12,434 nucleotides of DNA, taken from contig JBHHXT010000141.1 in the NCBI GenBank assembly GCA_046757165.1, positions 1-12,434 of the forward strand, written 5' to 3'. Made by a program: the position numbers and the translations under genes. Every line of letters begins with the position of its first letter. Position 1 is the first letter of the stretch. This DNA is from a bacterium. Lineage in GTDB: Bacteria > Zhuqueibacterota > Zhuqueibacteria > Oceanimicrobiales > Oceanimicrobiaceae. Below are positions 7,442-12,434 of the stretch, one piece after another. The notes under the pieces were generated by a model that was not told where the DNA came from, did no database searches, and saw only the letters and a list, made by a program, of their open reading frames with translations.

Positions 7442-8398
7442 CTACTTCTCCATTTTGAAAATACGGCCACTCCGGCGTTCATCAAAGACGATGGTTTGAC
7501 CATCTGGGGACCAGCTCGGATTCATCTCGATCTGATCTTCGGTGGCGGTGAGGTTTTGCCGGCGCCCGCCACTCGCGTTGACCACAAAAATATCGGAGTT
7601 CAAAATCGTGTGCCCGTCATCCGTGGTGAGCATGAAGGCCAGCCACTGGCTATCCGGCGACCAGGTCGGTCGCTCTCCAGGCCCCAGGTCCCTAAGCTCC
7701 GAACCGTCCGCATGGACCACGAATAGATTACCACCGTACAGCTCGAACGCGACTTTGCTGCCATCGGGGGACAGCTCGGCTGAAAGGTAGGTTCCCTTCA
7801 GCGGACTCAGCCGGTACTGCTCATTTCCGAGCGCATCGAAGAAGACCAGCGCGTTGCCGGTATTGTAACAGACCGGGTAATCGCTGGTTTGCTGCAGCGT
7901 CGCCGGGCGCTGCGTCTCCAGAGTCTGAACCCCCCGGCGCGTGTTGAGCAAAACGCGCGAATCGTCTCCCGTCCACACGGGCAGGCCTGAAACCGAACCC
8001 CGAAATTGCGCCAGAACACGCGTCTCGCCAGCGGGCACGTCTACTGTCTTGATGAAATGCACGCGCCTGCGCCCGGCGTATTCGAAGCTGCGAACCACGA
8101 GGCGCCTGGAATCCCTCGACCACCTGAACCGGTAGCCAGCGCCGCGGTCCTTTAAAAGTTGCTGCAGGCCACTCCCGTCAGCGTTCATCAGCCAGACTCC
8201 CCGGTATCCCCTGCCCGCCATCGCGATGTGCTGACCGTCTGCGGACCAGACCGGCTGCTGCAAATAAACCTGCGCCGGAGACAGCGCCTGAGCCCGCGAA
8301 AAACCAGACTCGCGTTGAGCCGCAGCCCCCGTGGCGAAGGCGAGAACCACAACTGCTGGCAGAAGAAAGCGTTTCATCCTTTCCATCCTGTCGGTCAT
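7442..8398 (-). CDS. Exported PD40-repeat (TolB C-terminal-like) beta-propeller protein
   Basis: Six PD40-like motifs: PVWSADG, FRWSRDS, PVWTGDD, AELSPDG, PTWSPDS, PSWSPDG. Signal peptide MKRFLLPAVVVLAFATGAAA/Q. The start is trimmed from 8503 to ATG 8398 (ATGA overlap with the amidase stop); 8386 and 8377 are alternatives. There is no room for a TolB N-terminal domain. Confidence 0.88.
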   Translation of the reverse strand: MTDRMERMKRFLLPAVVVLAFATGAAAQRESGFSRAQALSPAQVYLQQPVWSADGQHIAMAGRGYRGVWLMNADGSGLQQLLKDRGAGYRFRWSRDSRRLVVRSFEYAGRRRVHFIKTVDVPAGETRVLAQFRGSVSGLPVWTGDDSRVLLNTRRGVQTLETQRPATLQQTSDYPVCYNTGNALVFFDALGNEQYRLSPLKGTYLSAELSPDGSKVAFELYGGNLFVVHADGSELRDLGPGERPTWSPDSQWLAFMLTTDDGHTILNSDIFVVNASGGRRQNLTATEDQIEMNPSWSPDGQTIVFDERRSGRIFKMEK

Positions 8399-10887
8399 TT
8401 CAACAAAATCATGCGTCTGCTTTCGGCGAAGTTGCCGACCCGAAGCCGGTAGATGTACACGCCGTTTGCTAGCAGGCGGCCGGCTGCGTCGCGGCCGTCC
8501 CACGGGATACGGTAGTGTCCGGCAGGCTGTACTGAATTCACCAGGGTCTCGAGATGCCGGCCGTTGAGGTTGAAGACCTGCAAAACAACCTTTGCGGACA
8601 AACCGGCTGTGGGCAGAATCTCATAGCTTATCACGGTTTCCGGATTGAACGGATTCGGGTAATTCTGCAGCAGCACAAACCGGTGCCGCCCTGCCGGCCC
8701 CCTCGAGCCTGGCGCCGCAAAGACCGGGGCCAATAGCCGGCTCACAAAGAAATCATCAAAGAACAACGTGCCGTGGCCCCGCGCTCTGAAGCCCAGCTCC
8801 AGACCCACGATGTGGATCCGCACGCCATCCAGGCGTCCGTTGCCGCCATCGCCTGCTTCCAGCTCTGCCAGCGCGAAGTCAAACTTCAGCAACCGCCAGC
8901 CGAACCAATCGATTGGAGTCCACGGAAACCCCTCCTCACCGTCAGAATCCCCGAGCAGCAGCCGGATTTCGTTCCGGCTCGTATCGCCGTAGATGTAAAC
9001 GCCAATTCCCTTGTCCTGTTCGAGATCGATCTCGACCTCTTGCAGCAGATCGAGCCGAACGACGCCCTGAGCGCCGACAAACTTGTACTCGAGCTCGCCC
9101 GAAAGCGTGTCCGAAAGGGCCACCCGGCCTGACGCGGTAAACGAGGTGCTGTCGGGGTCGATGTGCTGGGTCCCCGGGGAGTCGTTGGGGTCGGCCCACT
9201 GGAACGGGCCTTCAAAATCATCCCAGAAATTCAGCCCGACGCGTGCCGTCTGCGTGTGAAACTGCCACCTGAAATTCCGCCTCATCGGTGTCCCGTCCAC
9301 CAGGTGCAGGCCTGTCGCCAGGGTCATGAAATAGCGCGCAGATGCAGGCACGGGCTCGACCGGAACGGCAGTCAAGGTGTGGGACCCATCCTGCAAATAG
9401 TCCACATGCAGATCAAAGGTCCCTCCCCCGTCGGAGGTCAGCAGCACCGTGGCCGGGTTGACGGTTTCGGGATCCAGCTCCCGGTTGAAGCGGGCCTGAA
9501 AAACGTCCCGGATGAAGACGCCGGTGTCGCGCCGGGTCGGAACAAAATCCAGCACCACCGGGCTGCTGTTGTCGAGGGATTGTGTCTTGAAGCTCCAGAA
9601 GAAATCATCGCCGGCCGTCCCATCGCCGTTGCCGTCCAGAGGGCGTCCAAACGAATCGGTGGCAGAAGCCGAGATGCGAACCGTGTACTCGGTGTCGAAA
9701 TCGAACCGGGTGTCCGGCTCGAACAACACGACGTCGCTGGCGTCGCTCCAGATAAAATGTCCCCGGGCGGCGGGCGTGACACCAAAGGCCGTCTCGACAC
9801 TTTCTCGCTGCATGGAACGGTTGAACCGGGCGCCAATCTCTTTGTACACATCCACGCCCACAGCCCCGTTGGCCGGGACCGTCAACGTGACAACGGGCGG
9901 CGTATTGGCCGGCAGCTCGAGATCGGAGAAGGTGAACTGATGCTGCCGCACGTCGACCTGCTTTTGGGTTTCCCCGGATCCTGCCAGTGCCGCGCTGACG
10001 CGATAGCTGCCCGGCTCCAGATCCTGGAAAGCATAAAAGCCGTTGCCGTGGTTGTCGGTGGTGAAGGTCATCCCGCCCGGCACGAGCGTGACCACTGCGC
10101 CATTCACGGTTTCTCCACTGGCCTCATCTGTTACGATGCCGGCGAGCGTACCGGTCGTCATTTGGCCGGCCTCAAAGAACTCCAGAAATGCCATGTAAAT
10201 GGCCTGCGCTTCCAGGCGCAGAAACGATTCGCTGCGCAGCTTTCTCTCTTCGACCGGGTTATCATGAAAGGTTGCTTCAGATAACTCACCGGGCATGAGC
10301 AAGTCATTCAGGACGCCCAGACTAAAGCCGCCGTTGCATCCGCCGAAAAAGGTCCAGTCCAGACGGTCTGTAAAGGCGGAGGTACGCAACGCGGCAAGAA
10401 TCCGTTGCGCTATGATCTTGCTGGCGGCGTCGGCCAACCCCGGCCAATCGGGCTGACCCGTGCCACGCGGACTCCCGTTTGGACACAGATTCGCCGCGGT
10501 TCTCTCCTCCTCGTACAACAGAAGCGTTGACCGCCGCGTGCCATCCAGGGCATTGTGGTGTACGGAATGGAACCAGTCCACCCCAAAGGTGTTGGCCAGA
10601 GCTTCCCGCTGGCTCAAAGACGGATTGGTCGAGTCGTCGACCCTGGTGAGCAAAACCGTATCAATGTTGGCACGCTTGAGAAAATCCTTCAAAAGCAGGG
10701 CAACACGCACATTGACCTCGGCTTCGCGCAGGCCGGTGGGTCCGTGATTCGTGTTGCCCCTTCCGTGGCCCGCGTCGACACAGATGCTCAGGCCCGAAAG
10801 GTCCTGCGCCAGCAGCGCGCCGCCGTAGATGGGAAAAAGCACGGTGAGCAAGAAACTCAAACAAAATCGTAGAGGTCTCAAAACCAT
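8395..10887 (-). CDS. Secreted N-acetylmuramoyl-L-alanine amidase (Amidase_3) with a carboxypeptidase-regulatory-like domain, two Big_5-like Ig domains, a CBM-like domain and a T9SS-type-A/FlgD-like C-terminal domain
   Basis: Motifs ICVDAGHG, EAEVN, LLTR, SLSQR..LAN, FHSVHHNA, LGVL...MPGELSE, so the Zn ligands H/E/H and the catalytic E are present. Next is 'GTLAGIVTD..SGE...GAVVTL...GFYAFQDLEPGSYRV', then two 'P.V....P.....GV........FNR' Ig repeats, then a 'DDFE...GIGVYIYGD...IDWFGW...FFDD' beta-sandwich, then LLQNYPNPFNP. The start is set at ATG 10887; the alternative is TTG 10920. Confidence 0.92.
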   Translation of the reverse strand: MVLRPLRFCLSFLLTVLFPIYGGALLAQDLSGLSICVDAGHGRGNTNHGPTGLREAEVNVRVALLLKDFLKRANIDTVLLTRVDDSTNPSLSQREALANTFGVDWFHSVHHNALDGTRRSTLLLYEEERTAANLCPNGSPRGTGQPDWPGLADAASKIIAQRILAALRTSAFTDRLDWTFFGGCNGGFSLGVLNDLLMPGELSEATFHDNPVEERKLRSESFLRLEAQAIYMAFLEFFEAGQMTTGTLAGIVTDEASGETVNGAVVTLVPGGMTFTTDNHGNGFYAFQDLEPGSYRVSAALAGSGETQKQVDVRQHQFTFSDLELPANTPPVVTLTVPANGAVGVDVYKEIGARFNRSMQRESVETAFGVTPAARGHFIWSDASDVVLFEPDTRFDFDTEYTVRISASATDSFGRPLDGNGDGTAGDDFFWSFKTQSLDNSSPVVLDFVPTRRDTGVFIRDVFQARFNRELDPETVNPATVLLTSDGGGTFDLHVDYLQDGSHTLTAVPVEPVPASARYFMTLATGLHLVDGTPMRRNFRWQFHTQTARVGLNFWDDFEGPFQWADPNDSPGTQHIDPDSTSFTASGRVALSDTLSGELEYKFVGAQGVVRLDLLQEVEIDLEQDKGIGVYIYGDTSRNEIRLLLGDSDGEEGFPWTPIDWFGWRLLKFDFALAELEAGDGGNGRLDGVRIHIVGLELGFRARGHGTLFFDDFFVSRLLAPVFAAPGSRGPAGRHRFVLLQNYPNPFNPETVISYEILPTAGLSAKVVLQVFNLNGRHLETLVNSVQPAGHYRIPWDGRDAAGRLLANGVYIYRLRVGNFAESRRMILLK

Positions 10888-10936
10888 GTCGCCAACAACC
10901 TTAGTCCTGTTTTTCAGCAATTAGATGACATATCGC

Positions 10937-11012
10937 CTCACGCAAAGCCGCAAAGTCCGCAGAGAAATGAAGGTCAAGAACAAACTCTGCGCGCTCGGCG
11001 TCTTTGCGTGAG
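10937..11012. repeat. 76-bp imperfect inverted-repeat element (CACGCAAAG...CTTTGCGTG type)
   Basis: Outer arms CTCACGCAAAG (10937-10947) and CTTTGCGTGAG (11002-11012). Inner arms CGCAGAG (10958-10964) and CTCTGCG (10985-10991). There are internal CGCAAAG/CGCAGAG sub-repeats. Confidence 0.8.
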
Positions 11013-11057
11013 ATTAAATACGTAATAGTATTTACGAATTCCTGTACTTAGTTATAG

Positions 11058-12308
11058 TTAGTCATAAAGCAAATACCTTTCTCTTTTTGCCAGGAATTGG
11101 TTGAGAGATTCTTGCCAGTTGGCGCGCAACCGTGACAGGTCTTCCCTGTTTTGGATCGCCTGACGCAAACTGTTCGTGCCACAAAGCCGGTCAAAGTGCC
11201 AGGTATGCCAGCTCGAGCTGTCAGGATAGAGCGCAAAAAGCGTCTCAACAATTTTCAGGCCCAGCCAGTAGGGGCGCAATCGCGCCCGGTCCACGATCCG
11301 GATCTCGGCGCCAAAACATTCTCGCCCCAGATACTTCGGATTCGATGCGACGCCCGGAATCGACCGGGGCACGAAAGCGGCTGGCAGAAAGCGCACCCCC
11401 TCTAACTGCAGGTTCACAAGCCTCGCGACCAATTTCTCGCTCTCCACCCAGGGCGCGCCGAAGATGCGGAAGGGCATGTCTGTCCCGCGCCCCTCTGAGA
11501 CATTCGTCCCCTCGAGAAGACACAAACCGGGATAGAGCGCGGCCGAACGCAGATCAGGGATATTTCCGGACGGCGGGATAAACGCCAACCCGGTGTCACC
11601 GTACCACAGGTTCCGGCGCCAACCTGACATGGGAACGACCTTCAAGTCGACTCTCAGGCCGTTCTTCAGCCAGCCTTCTTCGTTGAACATCCTCGCCAGC
11701 TCGCCGACGGTCATCCCGTGCCGCACCGGAATCGGAAAAAGTCCGACAAAGGTGGCAAACTCCGGCTCCAGCAAGTTGCCCTCGACCTGTTCACCGCCGA
11801 TGGGATTGGGACGGTCCAGAACAACGAATTTCACGCCCTGCTCAGCCGCTGCCTCCATCGCCAGCGCCATAGTGTAGATGTAGGTGTAAAAGCGCGCCCC
11901 GATGTCCTGAATGTCAAACACCAGGACCTGGACGTCCATGTCGCGCAGCATCTCAGGCGTGGGTTTGCGGGTCCTGCCGTACAGGCTGTAAACCGGAAAG
12001 GGGTCTGCCACATGATCCGCCGAATCGATTTTCTCTCCCCTTTCAACGGCGCCGCGCACGCCATGCTCCGGCCCGTACAGGGCGACAACTTCGACCCCTT
12101 TCATGTGGCCGAAAACGTCGACGATGTAGCGCTGCTTTGAATCGTAGGCCGTTTGATTGGTGATGATGCCAACACGTTTGTTTCTGAAAAGGGCTGCGTG
12201 CTGCTCGACATTGTCCAGCCCGGTTCGAACCGTGCCGTCGCTGCACGCCAGAAATAGGAGAAGTAAACCAAGCGGTCTGTGGACTGTGATCCCGGTCGTT
12301 TTGTTCAT
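11058..12308 (-). CDS. namZ: DUF1343 / NamZ-family exo-beta-N-acetylmuramidase (GH171), probable lipoprotein
   Basis: Family motifs VRTGLD, RVGIITNQT, PEHG.RG, YSLYG.TRKP, FDIQDIGARFYTY, LDRPNP, RHGMTVGELA, EGTNVSEGRGT, FDRLCGT and terminal RERYLLY. The N-terminal LLLLFLA-C22 is lipobox-like. Confidence 0.95.
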   Translation of the reverse strand: MNKTTGITVHRPLGLLLLFLACSDGTVRTGLDNVEQHAALFRNKRVGIITNQTAYDSKQRYIVDVFGHMKGVEVVALYGPEHGVRGAVERGEKIDSADHVADPFPVYSLYGRTRKPTPEMLRDMDVQVLVFDIQDIGARFYTYIYTMALAMEAAAEQGVKFVVLDRPNPIGGEQVEGNLLEPEFATFVGLFPIPVRHGMTVGELARMFNEEGWLKNGLRVDLKVVPMSGWRRNLWYGDTGLAFIPPSGNIPDLRSAALYPGLCLLEGTNVSEGRGTDMPFRIFGAPWVESEKLVARLVNLQLEGVRFLPAAFVPRSIPGVASNPKYLGRECFGAEIRIVDRARLRPYWLGLKIVETLFALYPDSSSWHTWHFDRLCGTNSLRQAIQNREDLSRLRANWQESLNQFLAKRERYLLYD

Positions 12309-12314
12309 CCCCTT

Positions 12315-12342
12315 AATCTATCAAAACAAGATCAAATGTCAA
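12315..12342 (-). promoter_or_regulatory. Candidate sigma70 promoter for namZ and the cluster
   Basis: Minus strand: TTGACA (12342-12337), 16-nt spacer, TAGATT (12320-12315), 6 nt, then the ATG at 12308. Confidence 0.6.
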
Positions 12343-12351
12343 AACAAAATC
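12321..12351. promoter_or_regulatory. 13-bp direct repeat overlapping the candidate promoter (possible operator)
   Basis: TCAAAACAAGATC (12321-12333) and TCAAAACAAAATC (12339-12351): 12 of 13 identical, 18-nt period. Confidence 0.45.
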
Positions 12352-12382
12352 TATTCGTATTGACCAGCGCACTCTGGTCGGT

Positions 12383-12432
12383 CTGGTTCCCACGCTCCGC
12401 GTGGCGAACCAGTATTTGACGCTCCGCGTCAA
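12383..12432. repeat. REP-like double hairpin (GTTCCCACGCTCCGCGTGG type), possibly continuing beyond the window
   Basis: CTGGTTCCCACGC-TCC-GCGTGG(C)GAACCAG (12383-12412) and TTGACGC-TCC-GCGTCAA (12416-12432) share the core ACGCTCCGCGT. A third small hairpin, GACCAG-N6-CTGGTC, lies at 12362-12379. Confidence 0.75.
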
Positions 12433-12434
12433 GT

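Noticed and set aside
7442..8398. Calling this gene tolB
   Set aside because: Only the propeller repeats are present. There is no TolB N-terminal domain and no tolQRA/pal context in the window.
8399..8503. N-terminal extension of the PD40 ORF
   Set aside because: It overlaps the amidase CTD coding region by over 100 nt in another frame. The ATGA-coupled start at 8398 sits just before the signal peptide.
9619..9636. DGNGDG Ca-binding-like motif in the first Big_5-like domain
   Set aside because: This is a common feature of such Ig-like domains and is not distinctive.
9163..10284. 373-aa plus-strand ORF and the other long plus-strand ORFs (796-1482, 2437-3189, 3176-3853, 5086-5658, 6594-7238)
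   Set aside because: These are antisense shadows of well-supported minus-strand genes in GC-rich DNA, with no recognisable motifs.
529..10887. Prophage lysis cassette interpretation of the amidases and M23 peptidase
   Set aside because: There are no holin, spanin or structural phage genes. The enzymes are large, carry signal peptides and end in host-type sorting domains.
11560..11580. NamZ motif reads PPSGNIP instead of the more usual PSPN
   Set aside because: It is a single substitution with all other family motifs intact, which is not enough to claim altered function or pseudogenisation.
12383..12432. CRISPR repeat (the GTTCCC...hairpin looks superficially similar)
   Set aside because: Only an 11-nt core recurs, at 27-nt spacing, with no repeat-spacer periodicity and no cas genes.

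Overview
The window holds a six-gene, minus-strand cluster of exported peptidoglycan-hydrolase genes. The organism is probably a GC-rich FCB-superphylum bacterium, inferred from the NYPNPFNP-type C-terminal sorting domains and Gln at +1 of the signal peptides. In transcription order the genes are: a DUF1343/NamZ-family exo-beta-N-acetylmuramidase, a multidomain Amidase_3, a PD40/TolB-like beta-propeller, a second propeller-like exported protein, an M23 metallopeptidase, and a PGRP-like Amidase_2. The three large hydrolases end in T9SS-type-A/FlgD-like C-terminal domains. The M23 and Amidase_2 proteins share a paralogous module of about 330 aa (FN3 plus an alpha/beta domain). A strong hairpin followed by a U-tract ends the cluster. 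Beyond it lies an AT-rich two-gene module: an 80-aa helical protein coupled to a probable HNH endonuclease truncated by the window edge. A candidate leaderless sigma70 promoter with overlapping direct repeats precedes namZ. Almost every intergenic gap carries a different palindromic or tandem repeat, and one such element is read in frame at the 5' end of the M23 gene. The best candidate for an undescribed system is the cluster itself, as an extracellular peptidoglycan-scavenging or bacteriolytic locus. All calls are by eye; no searches were run.
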